A stretch of DNA of 58,417 bases, filler included, from Bipalium vagum (Eukaryota): assembly GCA_037834085.1 (NCBI GenBank). It is 3 parts of 3 records of this genome, joined end to end, with 100 filler letters (N's around TTAATTAATTAA, not from the genome) between each part and the next. Parts side by side here need not be neighbours in the genome. Positions count along the whole stretch, not along the records: positions 41,456 to 58,417 come from JBBMKC010084427.1; 2 more parts are not named here. One strand, given 5' to 3'. Positions within the stretch are counted from its first letter, which is position 1; each line of letters begins with the position of its first letter. The notes under the pieces were generated by a model. That model made no database searches. It saw only the letters and a list, made by a program, of their open reading frames with translations, and was not told the origin of the DNA. Positions 41,655-53,671 of the stretch are shown here, piece after piece. Made by a program: the position numbers and the translations under genes.

Positions 41655-42740
41655 TGGTTGATCAACAAATTTGAGTATGCATATTATACGAGTTCAAACT
41701 TAACCATAATGCATCAAAAGCAACTCGAAACATTAATGTTGCATGGGATGAAGGTAGTATAAGCTAAAGAACAACACAGATATGGTTCAAACACTTTCGA
41801 GACGGGGACCTAAGTCTCCAAAACCAAGACCGCAGAAAACCCAGGTCCCTCTTAAATGAAGCCCAATTGAAGTCAGCTATCGAAGAAAATACTCGAACAA
41901 ATGTGAGAAAACTTGCTGAAGTTCTCAATGTGTCCAAATCAACAATTTCCACCCATCTAAAAGAAATTGGTAAGATTAAGAAGCTTGATTCATGGATCCC
42001 CAATGATTTAACAGAAAATCAACAAAAATATCGATTGCAAATTTGTTGGTCATTAATAAATCGGAACCAAATTGATCCATTTTTGTTTCGTATTATAACA
42101 TGCGATGAAAAGTACAACAATCGTAGACGATCAGCGCAATGGTTAAATGCTGATGAGAAGCCGAAAACCATGTCTAAACCAAGCCTTCACTCCAAGAAGA
42201 CTATGAAAACTGTGTGGTGGTCTGATAATGGGTTAATACATTAGAATTTCTTGAAATCAGGTGAAACGATTACCACACAGTCATACTCTCAAGAAATTAA
42301 GGCTATGCACACAAAGATGATTCAAAAACAACCAGGTCTTGTAAACCGAAATGGGTCGAGCTTGCTTCAGCTTAATGCAAAAACAAATGTTTCTAAAGTG
42401 ACCTTACAAAAATTACATGACTTACAGTACGAGGTTTTGCCTCATTCAGCTTATTCCCTAGATCTGTCATCTAAGATTACCACCTGTTCAAGCATATGTT
42501 TGCATTTCTGGCTAATAAAATTTTCAGGACCAAGGTGCCCTCAAAAAGGACATCGCTCAATTTTTTGATTCAAGAAGTTCGGAGTTTTACCAAAAAGGAG
42601 TTAAACAGTCATCATCCCGATGGCAACAGTGTGTCAAAAGCGATGGGAAATATTGTAATTAATAAAATTTATGTACAAGCTGTTTTTGACTTTTTAAGAA
42701 TAATATTGAAGATCCGCAATTTCAACTGGACTACTTAATA
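41655..42740 (+). mobile_element. Decayed mariner (DD34D-type) element with right TIR
   Basis: ILYEFKLNHNASKATRNIN, WFKHFRDGD, ISTHLKEIGK.KKLDSWIPNDL, RIITCDEK, KPSLHSKK.M.TVWW, HSAYSLDLS; TIR ...ATCCGCAATTTCAACTGGACTACTTAATA; stops and frameshifts. Confidence 0.92.
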
Positions 42741-45265
42741 CAACTATATTAAAATTAAAAAACAGCGATAACACACTGATTTTGAGTTGTCATAGAAAGA
42801 AACTGAAAATACACTGAAAGATTTTCGGTCAAAACAATCATTACTGAAAAAACAGGAATTTTATATTATCAAATAACAGATTAATTATTTATCTTCAAAT
42901 GTTATTTTGGAATAAGAGTTGAGAAATTAATAATAATTTGTTTTAATCAAAGGAAAAATCCTTTTTATATCAACTGTTGATATTGGTTAAAAGATAATTA
43001 ATAAATGAACATAAATATTTTAAAAAATTGTTTAATATAAATTAAAAATAAATTATTTGATGTCATCTTTAAGAAATATTCTCCTCGATTTTTGGAGATC
43101 CTTCTACATTTTTTCTTTCAAAAGTTCAATGGTTGGTTGGTTGGTTTGTTTTTGAAAAAATTGAATAATTATTGAATAAAATGGACAGAAAATTGGCTAA
43201 ATTTAATCAGCAAATATATTTCCAGTGAAAGATAAATACTATTCTTTAAAATTGAATTACAATAAAGTAATTATCAATACTTTCCAAACAAAACTTTAAT
43301 AAGAAAATATTTTTCTTCTATTTCGGTGTTTGCACTCATTAATACCCTGTGTTTCTTTCATTTAATAAAGGTGCTCTAGACCAAGAAAATATCGGCCATA
43401 ATTTATAAAAATTACATAAACCAAAGATTTTTACAATCACAAAGATTTTGCAGATGTTGTGGAAAATAATCAAATATTTTGTATAATAATGATTTAATGA
43501 GGCGCTTGCCAATTTTGAAGGCAGTTGAAATAAATTGGATTAATATTTACAAAAACTACCCTTAAATGTCATTTTAGGTTTTCCTCATTACTGCCTTTTT
43601 TTTCTTTTTGCACTTATCCCATCGAAATTATGTTAATAAAGCGACTTTTTTTCTTTTTTAACTACCTCAACATTATTTGGCATTGAAGTATACGTCTAAA
43701 ATTTCTATTCACGTGAAACAGAAAAAAATATTATATAATGTAGTATTAAGAGATTAAATAAATATTTATTTTGTTTTAATAAATCGTTACAGAAAAATTA
43801 AGAAAATGATTCTAATAAAATAATTGAAGTCCTGATATTAATAATATATGGTTGTATCAAATGAAATTATTATAAACAATTATTTCTTTATTTAAAGCTT
43901 AATATTTTTGATATTTTTCCATTAAAGAAATATTTTGATGAACCTTAATTTTTTAGACAGAATTTTGCTACAACATTATCCAAATATTTTATTTTCAGTT
44001 TGTGTGTTTTGGTGAATTTAATTGTAAATTTTATTTTTATTCAAACATTAAATCGTTAAATATTGACCATTTTTCAATAATCAACTGCAATCTCTGAAGT
44101 AGCTTCAAAATTCTATCCTCTTTTTTTATAAGTTATAAAATAAAAGATTCAAAAAGACTCGAACTTTTCTCCATTAAAATAATTCATCGGAATTTATAAT
44201 AATTGAAATGATTCATATAAGAAGATCCTATCCAAATTCTTTCAATTTGTGAAGGGTCAACACAAACCTATATGGTCTTACACTGTCTTGATGAACTTTC
44301 ATCTTATTTCTATAGACAAATTTGTTGTGTCTAATTGTTCATGTTAGAGTTTGGAATTTTATGTTTGGGAGTTGCTTGGTAGAAGTTCGTGATAAATTAT
44401 ATCAAATTTATCCACCAACAAAAATAATATTACCCTCTATTTGTGTAATTCTGGTTGTGGACGTCTTACCGAATACAAAAAAATATTTTTTGAATGCTGT
44501 TTTTGTTGTACAGTATTGAACAGGTACTACTTCACTTCAAGGCTTTTCTAGGGTTTAATTGAAAGTTTTTTAATATTGTGCTTTTCTATGTTAAGGATCA
44601 AGATAACACAAATTCATCTGCAAACAAGAAGTAAATGAAGAAAACGTGGTAAAGCGCAACACTAAATTTACACAAGATCAGACACTGTTTTCAGATGGAA
44701 AAATAATATTAAACAATAATATTCAAATATTAAACAAGTTGTTCTAAATAAGCTTTTAATTTAACAAATGAATTTATTTATTTGCAAATTCCTAAAAAAA
44801 AATTTAAAATGAAACATCAGAATTTACGTTAATGTCTAGGAAAACAATCTACATCTCTGACAACCTTAAGTTTTCCCTTACAGATCAAGTTCGGGAGGAA
44901 TTCTACAATCATTCAATACATGACTCTTAAACATCCTCAAAGAAAAGTAGTTAACAGAGAATTAAAATTAATTTACTATATCCGAGTTCAGTGTTTCCCT
45001 TCTGTTACCACTCAGAATCAATTTTAAATGTCTGCTAAGACTTTCCTTTATGGTTCTTTTTATCCAAATTTACTGGCCAATACCATTTCTACGAACTCGT
45101 TCATAACTACTGTTTTCAGACACAATTTAAACTCCAAAAATAGTTTATGTATTTTTCAATAATTAAATATTTTCATGAAAAATGATTGTCAATAAAAATA
45201 AGAAACAACATGATCTCATTAAATTAATTTGACTATTATTTTGAAAAAAAATTATATTTTTATTA

Positions 45266-45749
45266 CCGTAGATACTCGAATATAAGTCGAGGTTTTGATG
45301 AAAAAAAAGGGGTCGACTTATTTAAGAATCATAGCAGTTTTAATCAATTTAATAGCTGTATTTATGCAATGTATCACGTTGTGTTCATAATTGAATACTG
45401 TTTATCATTTGTGTTTCGTTGAATCGAATGACGACGACTTCTATTCAGACCATATGACTAATGTGCAGGCATTGCAACTTCTTCAATCAGACTCGGATTC
45501 TGAATTTTGTGGTTTTGACTAAATGTTACCTATGATATAAATAATATCACGAATATTTTGAAATAAAGTATCAAAAGATTGACATTTTTCCTTGTTATTT
45601 TGTTATTTTCCAAATGTACGAAAGAGGAAACTACCCAGACATATATTTTTACCTCGACTTATATAAGAGTCATACGGTTTTTCACAGTATTTCCCATTTT
45701 TTCTGCCTCCACTTATACACGAGGTCGACTTATATTCGAGTATCTACGG
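45266..45749 (+). mobile_element. pogo/Tigger-family MITE (484 bp)
   Basis: Perfect 25-bp TIR CCGTAGATACTCGAATATAAGTCGA, TA target duplication, subterminal TCGACTTAT repeats, residual acidic C-terminus SDSDSEFCGFD*. Confidence 0.92.
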
Positions 45750-46018
45750 TATTTATCATTTTCAATATTATTTAAATTCATTACGAGCGATTTATCTAAA
45801 CACAAAATATTTATAGTTTTAAATTTACACCCATTATTTTAATATTTAAACAAATTATTTATTCTGTGTTTTTCAAATATATCAATTATGAAATTTTATA
45901 AAATTTATGAATTATAGTTATTACTATGTATTATTATGCATTAGGTTTAATTTTACTTTAAAACTTTAAATACTTTAATAAGATTATAAAAGTTCTTTTA
46001 AAAGACTTTAAAAAATTT

Positions 46019-46264
46019 GTAGGAAGCCACAATTTAGGGTCAAGTAGTTTAAATATATCAATTAATTATTTATTTCATTCATAAATTTTTATCAATGAAA
46101 TAAATTTCTGAGTTAAATTAGGCATTATTTTCAATAGTCTCCACTAAAACTCAGGCACAAACATTTTTAAAATTTTACATTTTCAAATTTCATTTAAAAT
46201 ATTTATATATAAGTAAATAAATTGAAGTATTCAAACAACCTGACCCTAAATTGTAACTTCCTAC
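46019..46264. mobile_element. MITE (~246 bp)
   Basis: Imperfect ~36-bp TIRs GTAGGAAGCCACAATTTAGGGTCAAGTAGTTTAAATA / TATTCAAACAACCTGACCCTAAATTGTAACTTCCTAC. Confidence 0.8.
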
Positions 46265-46438
46265 CAAAAAAATTAATTATTTTTTTAATTTCTAATTAAT
46301 AAATTTAGTACAAACTTTAAAAGTTACCTTTAGCAATATCCTTGTAATTTATATTGAAAACACTAAAAATATTTTATTTATTAATTTACTCTAAAATTTA
46401 ATTAATAGAGAGAAAGTTTATTTATTTATAATATTTAG

Positions 46439-47324
46439 TTTGTGAAAAATTACCATTGCTCTATATCCAGTGGACAGAGATTCCTTCAATTATTGCTATT
46501 GTATTTTCTTGTGTAGGAATTATTGCAACCGCCATCATTACAATTATTTTTGCAAAATTTAATGATACCCCAGTCGTAAAATCTTCCACAAGAGAACTCA
46601 TGTATGTTATTTTAGTAGGGATCACATTATCATATTTGACCACATTTCCATTAATAAACAAACCGTCCTCTCTCAGCTGCACATTGACAAGAATCATGCC
46701 GGGATTATCATTTTCCTTAATTTATGGCTCCCTTGTCACCAAAACGAATCGTATATGTCGGATTCTTGCAATTTCTAAAAAGAAAATTATACGAAGCAAA
46801 GGAAGATTTTTAACAACAACAGCACAATTAGTTATTGTCTTCATTATAAATGTTGTGGAAGTTATTATAATTATTCTAATGCTGTGGCAAGAGCCTCCGA
46901 AAGTGGAAAATAATTTTGAAACTTGGGGAAAAGCTTATTTGATATGCAAACATTCTGTATATTCGCTTTATCTTCCTCTGGGATTCGATGCACTTCTTGT
47001 ATGCTTTTGTACTTGGTATGCATTTAAGACCAGAAATCTTCCTGAGAATTTCAACGAAGCTAAATTTATCGGATTTACAATGTACACAACTTGCATAATA
47101 TGGATTGGCTTAGTTGCCGTTTACTATGGAGATCAGTTCAGAGTCATATCTTTATGTTTTGCAATAAATCTGTCTGCAACAGTTGCCATTGTACTCCTCT
47201 TTATGCCAAAACTGTATATAATACTTTTTAGGCCGGAGAAAAATGAAAGAGCAGCTTTTACAACAACGACTGAAATTCGATGTCATATTGGGTCTGGCAA
47301 AGTTGAATATCAATGCTTCAAAGA
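46439..47324 (+). CDS. Metabotropic glutamate receptor (class C GPCR, group I-like), exon encoding end of Cys-rich domain, 7TM and proximal C-tail
   Basis: TTTAG acceptor then CEKLPLLYIQW; TPVVKSSTREL, KTNRI.RIL, YAFKTRNLPENFNEAKFIGFTMYTTCIIW, FMPKLYIILFRPEKN, AFTTTTEIRCHIGSGK (cf. mGluR1/5 SAFTTS.VVRMHVGDGK); donor GA|GTTAGT phase 2. Confidence 0.97.
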
Positions 47325-47639
47325 GTTAGTTATTTCAAATAATGTTATAAGTAATATTTCATTATAAAAAAAACTATAAGACCTGTTAAACTTAAAATAA
47401 TATTTAATTTCATATTTAATCTCAAAATTAGGTATTGCACCCAACACAATACAATTTGCCTCACCCAATTTTATAAAAAAAAACTCATAAAAAAATAAAA
47501 AAATATTTGAAAGCTTATTTATTAATATATTCGAAAGACTTTGATATGAAAAACATAATCCATATGAAACAATTACAAAGATTTTATAGACAAAATATTT
47601 AATTTTGGCAATGAAATAAAATTGACGTCACATTACATT

Positions 47640-48245
47640 TTCTTTAAACCATGTGCTACATATGGACAACAAAACATTCCACCATTTATCCGTTCACGAC
47701 ATACATTTCCTTGCAAATAATCTTGGTTTTTGATGTTTCTTTGTTAGTTTTGTCTTAAATATCCACTTTGAACAACCTGTGTTTAGATTAGCTTTTAATA
47801 CCCAGTGGGTTGTAACTGCTAGTTGAGGATTTCCTTTAATTTTATACACAAATTAGTGCTTTACCAAAGCATTTCGATAGATTGAGCGTATGTCCCGATT
47901 GATAACTTTTTTCTTCTTTCCAGTATTCGAGTGTTTTCCATAATTTTTCCATTTTTGTCAAAATTTTTGACAACTTTTACAGATCTTCCGATTTCCAATG
48001 CTAGAGATCTCTGTAAACAACAATCTTTCTCCTATTTTCTGATAACTACTTCTATGGTCCATCTTTGAATTTTAGTGAAAAACAAAATGTAATGCTTTCA
48101 AGAATTAATATAACTTAAACGAACCTGTTTGATTATTAATGTTTAGTATTACAACACCAGTTTATTTACCAATTCATTTACCATGCTTCATTTTTAAACT
48201 GTAAAACATAATTCTTAAGTGGAGTCAATTTTATTTCGCACCTAT
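47640..48245 (-). mobile_element. Tc1/Tc3-like transposase 5' relic
   Basis: Minus-strand traces LALEIGRSVKVVKNF, NYGK, RDIRSIYRNA, PRLFARKCMS*TDKWWNV; frameshifted. Confidence 0.55.
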
Positions 48246-48356
48246 TTTTGCTTTTCCTAAATTGATCTCATCTTGATAATTAAATAAAAATAGATTTATA
48301 TAAAATGTAAGTCATAAAAAATGTCTTTCAAAAATATGTTTTAAGGATTACATTTA

Positions 48357-48690
48357 TTAGGTTGTCACATATGAAATGTCCGATTGTGTAATATGCAATA
48401 AAAAGCAATAAAAATCCTATTTAAAAAAAATTTATTTATTTGAAATATTCACCATCAGATTTTACACATTTTTGTCATCTAGAAACTAGTTTCAAAATGC
48501 CAGTGGCATAAAAACCGGGTTCTCTGGATTCGATGAATTCGAATATGGCCTTTTTGATATCCCCTGGATTAGCAATAATTTTTTTATCCAAAAAATTATC
48601 TAAATGCTTTAAAAAATGATAATCTGTCGGAGATAAGTCGGGCGAATATGGTGGATGTTTCAAAGTTCCAATTTTTAAGTCTAACAGCTA
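48357..48690 (-). mobile_element. mariner 3' fragment with TIR
   Basis: HPPYSPDLSPTDYHFLKHLDNFL...FYATGILKLVSR*QKCVKSDGEYFK*; TIR TTAGGTTGTCACATATGAAATGTCCG. Confidence 0.92.
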
Positions 48691-48922
48691 ATATATTGAC
48701 TCTCTTAAATCACTTTTATTGGTGAAGCCAATTTTATTTTGTTGTATAAAAATTATAATACCTGAATATAATATAATACCTAGATTTAATAATAATTATA
48801 AAAATATTATAAATTAAATTTTAAAAATATTTTTTGCAAATCATGTGTTAATTTTCATTTAATAAAATTAATTATTTATAAAAAAGATTAAGTAGAAAAA
48901 TAAATTATTAGTAATAGTAGTA

Positions 48923-49262
48923 CCGGATTTCCCAAAAAATAACCCTCGGAATTATCTTTACAAAATCAACCTTTTTTAAGAAAAAATTATTGAAATTCTT
49001 AATCAATTCAACGATTATAATATATTCTAGAATAATTAATTAATTCTAAATTAAGTAATTTTAAACATAGACTTTTATGACTCTTCAATTATTAATGTTT
49101 TTTAATTTTGCATGAAATTTAATATTAAATATTTAACTATCAAGCAAAATATTGAAAAACCGATTTTATTAAAAAGCAAAAACTTAAGAAACTAAAAAAG
49201 AATTTTCCAAAAATAAGCCTATAGTTCTTTTTTCGAATGGGCTTTCTTTTGGGAAAATCTGG
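48923..49262. mobile_element. TA-flanked MITE (pogo/Tc-type termini)
   Basis: TA-CCGGATTTCCCAAAAAATAACCC ... GGGCTTTCTTTTGGGAAAATCTGG-TA. Confidence 0.72.
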
Positions 49263-49849
49263 TAATATTATATTATTATTTATCATTATTATAAGATATT
49301 ATATGCTTTAAAACAGAGCAACAGAACCAACTAGAAATTTTCATAAAATCTTTATAGAGGAAAGGATTATAAAATGGTAACTTGGATCTTGTTTCTAAAT
49401 TATCGAAATTTGATTTTTCAATTTCAAAGAAGTCTCGTTATGTTATTACTTTTTCCAGCTATAATTAAATTGTGGAAAAAAAATAACCATTAAAATTAAT
49501 ATTCATTAACGCGAAATAATTCTTATTTAGTACATTGTTAACTGATAAAGTAGAAACCTTATCTGATTTTTTCTCTTACATGTGAAAATGATAACCCGAA
49601 ATAAAAATGGATTAAATTTATCAAAGAAGACCGTTGAACCTTGAATACTGAATATCTGTCACTTAAGATTTCTATTCCATTGTATGGAAACAATTATTCT
49701 TGATATATTGCAATCAAATGATACTTTAAACTTACAAAACACATTTAAAAATCTGATTTTAACCAATAAAAATATTAGTTGGTGGTAGGCATGGAAATTC
49801 TTAATCATGAAACATTGATATTATCTAATCTCTTTGATAAATTATTTAG

Positions 49850-49933
49850 AGTAGATCATTCGTTGATTGAAGTGATGTTAAATCAGCTTTTCTTATCTTC
49901 CTTTATTTTAAATTCAACGAATATTAGCTGGAG
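49850..49933 (+). CDS. Candidate 84-nt phase-2 cassette exon of the mGluR C-tail
   Basis: CTAAT branch-like site, TTTAG acceptor, strong GAG|GTAAGA donor; open in the required frame (VDHSLIEVMLNQLFLSSFILNSTNISWR); an internal TAG acceptor would give a 6-nt version 49928-49933. Confidence 0.45.
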
Positions 49934-50579
49934 GTAAGAAAAAATTCCAGTAAAATAAAAAAATAGTATAGTAAAGTATGAAAATTATGTTTCGGATGAC
50001 ATAAAACGGTTCAAATTGTTGTTTTTAATTTTGTTGAAAATATTTCACAATATGTGAAAAAATTTTGAACTATTTTCTTATAAACAAAGTCTCAAGTTTA
50101 ATTTAGATATAAGCAGTGAACCCTTTTAATGATCCATATGGATATGTATATACCAAATAACGAAAATTTTATAAAATTGAAACAAATTTCACTCAGTTTC
50201 AAATGAAAATAGAGTGAATATAGTTCAATTTCAAAAATGTATAATATTTTTATCAATTACAATATTAACCAATTAATTACGAGATGAGTTTAATATTAAT
50301 AATATTTTTTACTGCCTTCTCTTTTTTATTAATTTCTTATTTGGAGTCTCTTCTTTATTTATCATATAGTCTTCTTTTACTTAAGTTTATTCATTTGTGA
50401 TTTAGACAAAAATCTTTACTAAGATTTCTTAAGGGATATATATGTTGGGTTCTCGCCTTCTAATGAATTTAATAACACAATTAATATTAAAAGTAATTAT
50501 GACACAAAAATAATGTAAAAAATTCTTTGTCTTAACGGAAAAATATTTTCCATTTTTTAATTTAATCCTTCTTCTACAG

Positions 50580-50718
50580 CAGCGTAGAAGAAGCTTGTTT
50601 TCTCACATACCACAATTGCCTTCTGAGGGGAAATCCTCATCGGCCGCCATTAATTAACAATAATAATACTGCAGCCATAATTGATCAATTATCCCTGATG
50701 CAGTATTGGTTCTCTTAG
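50580..50718 (+). CDS. Candidate alternative (terminal or cassette) exon of the mGluR C-tail
   Basis: Strong pyrimidine tract and CTACAG acceptor (NAGNAG); GC-enriched; phase-2 frame open for 45 codons (SVEEACFLTYHNCLLRGNPHRPPLINNNNTAAIIDQLSLMQYWFS*). Confidence 0.45.
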
Positions 50719-53064
50719 GACATCAGCTCTTTTATTCTCATTGGCCGATAGGAACTATATATAGAGCTCACAGATATTGAAATTTTATAAGTGAAAATAT
50801 TCTGATTTTGTGTCAAAAAATTTTTTATTATTGAACGACCAATGAACAACCATTCAGCACAAGATCTCATTCTAGTAATCATGATTTATCATTTGTTGTC
50901 ATATCTTGGCTGATAACGAGTGATCCATTAAGGGACTCATAGTTGGTCTATGGACCCAGAAAAATTATCCAACTGATGATACTTTATTTATATTTTATCC
51001 TTTTACCATTGATTAGTAGTATTTTTGTATTTCAAAGTGTTATAATCGACGACTGTTTTATTTTACTTTTTAACCTTATTGCTAATTTATAAATTTTATT
51101 AGATATTTCCATTTATTTGATGATTATTGTCATTGTTTGACTAGCCAACGGCACACCCCTTCAATTCTTATAGATTATCCTTTGAATACCACTAAAGAGT
51201 CTAGGATAATCATAATATTTATTAATTAATTAGAAAGACCTTAAAAGAGTCAGAAACAGAATTATATAATAATTATATATAATTATATAAATAATACTGA
51301 AAATAATAAGTAAATTATAATTATATAATACTCATAAAAATACAGAAATTAATTATAATAATAATAATAATAATAATAAAATTGTTTTTCTTTTTCCAAA
51401 AATGATCTAACCTTGACAACGGCGAATTGTCAAGATTAAATCAGAGTTCGCAAGTAGGGGCAGATTTGGAATTAATGGCCTAAAATTGGAATTGACATTC
51501 CCTATTAAGAATACCGGTCTACGACTGATTAGTCATCTGACCAGTATGTTATATAAGGCATTGGAGTCCACAAAAGAGACTAAGTAAAATTGATATATTG
51601 TCAGAAGATTTCAAGTTGGTAAACAGTTAATTTGCCAAGTTTTATGTGACAGGAGGCAACGATGGGTCATGCGCTGTTATGGCGTTTATGAGCGTACCGA
51701 ATCGAGTTCATCAAACTACCCTTGGACCTGTCGTCTACTTGATCGATGAGATCTGTATTTCATTGTTTTTTTTCTATTTCAGTTTTTAAAAAATATTATT
51801 AATTCTATTAATTATTTTGTTGAATATTATAATTAAGGTTCGAATATTATTGATTATTTTATTTGATTTGATTAATATGCTTTGTAGTCTTACTGATTCT
51901 GATTATTTTAAACATTTCACATTGAATGTTATGTTATTGTGTGATTACTTTTGTATATTTGCGTTAAAAGAATAAAGTTTTACTGTAGTCGTTTGATTTA
52001 ATTATTTGCGAACATATTATTAACAGAAGTTACAGGGCCAGTAAATTCACAATATAAGTGTTACAAATAGTTTCATAATGATATAAACAGAAAATTTTCG
52101 TTATCATTACCAAATTCCCATTTTAAGAGTCACTTATTAAGAGTTAAGTGAAACTTGTTGACAGAAGCAGTTGATGTTGTTTTATCGAAGCATAGCCTTG
52201 TTATTGGTAATATTCAGGTAGATACTGACGAATTATTAACCAATCTTTGTGTTGTGTGATTAATATTGACATTCCTTTTAGTGATTTGAGTTCGCGTCAA
52301 ATAAATCCAAATGTTATTATTTGATTTGCCTATAGGATTATCTTAGAATCTAATCATATAAAAAGATATTGATTCAGATTAGTATTCATATTAAAATTGA
52401 TTAATATTAAAATAGTAACACATTATTTCATCACAAAAGTTAAATTTATTGTTATTACTTTCAAAACTTTCATTTCTCGGTTTGGTATATCCTTTAATAT
52501 CATTTTTGTCTTAGATGTTCTAATTTCAACCATAGTTATTTAATAAATCACGAATAAATTTATGTTCCTTTTAAAATTATTCAACCTCTAAAATTAATGG
52601 TTTGATTATTTTCTGAAAACTTTAAAAATATTAATTTTTATTTATTTTTTCTTTTTTTTTTATATCGATCTATAACTTTTAAAATACTTTTCCTTACAGA
52701 AAAAATTCTTTTCAAATTTTAATATAACAAATCTTCATTTTTACCTGTTTTCTTCTCGTCTCATTTTATGATTTGGTTTTTTAAAATTAAAATTATTATC
52801 ATACATTCACAAAACAAATTTATCATGAATTTATGACCTAAATTAAAAATTAAATAAAACTTAATACAGAATTACAAAACTGATTTTTAAAGGATTCTTT
52901 TGAAATAAATAATTAAAAATAAATTATTAATAATCACACCTCTCTGCTTTGTATTTTATGGAACATAATAAAAAAGGAATTCATTTGATTCCTGGAAATA
53001 TATTTTTACCTCAATTTAATCTTCAACAATGTTGAATACTCTCTTATATTTTTCTTTTTTTCAG

Positions 53065-53671
53065 AAAAAGTTCTACTCTTAAGTCGAATTCACAGCATTT
53101 AAAATGTCCTCCTGAAGAAATTCAAATTATGGTGAAAAAGCCCAACGAACCAGAATTCACTGATAACTTTGTCTCTTCAAACAATATAACCTTTCCTCAA
53201 TCTTTAGAAACACTTTTATCAAAAGAAGCAAAACCAACGCAAACAGATTTTTCATTGATGATTGACTTTCTGTTCAGCTTATCAAACTCTCTTGGTATCA
53301 ACAATGATGACTTAAATATCACGCAAATTGCTTTATTGCAATTTCTGGAAGAAAACTGGAATAGAGAGGATATTCTTCAGTTAAGTAAAATTAACATTCA
53401 GGATAATTCACATCCCAGCATTTTATGTGTGGAAGAGGTGTTTGAGGAAGATGCGCAGTTCTCAGACAATGATCTCGAATATGCAGACGCTGATAATAAT
53501 TCGCTGAAAAGACAGATTCTTACACAATGTAATTCCGTTTTAACTTGCAGTCCAATCTCGAATGTTTCAACCGACGCTTCTTCTACAATTACTACAATGT
53601 TCCTAGACTATCTTCAAATGCATGGAAAGAAATTTAAGAATCAAAATAATAAAAAATCTGTAAAGCTATGA
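53065..53671 (+). CDS. mGluR terminal exon (long intracellular C-tail)
   Basis: Strong acceptor TTTTTCTTTTTTTCAG; phase 2 matches the 47324 donor; frame open from KSSTLKSNSQ through ORF 53129-53671; ends ...DYLQ...KKSVKL*. Confidence 0.8.

Noticed and set aside
41456-46438. Search for mGluR Cys-rich/VFT exons or further DDR exons
   Set aside because: No CCW/C..C or ELYGC-type exon with valid splice sites found; isolated YGC (~43850) and YWP (~45070) hits are bounded by stops
46456-47367. ORF-track 303-aa protein as a stand-alone ectodomain-less 7TM receptor
   Set aside because: The start is a TTG inside an internal exon; the frame extends to an acceptor at 46438 with a CRD cysteine, and the last ~14 codons are probably intron read-through
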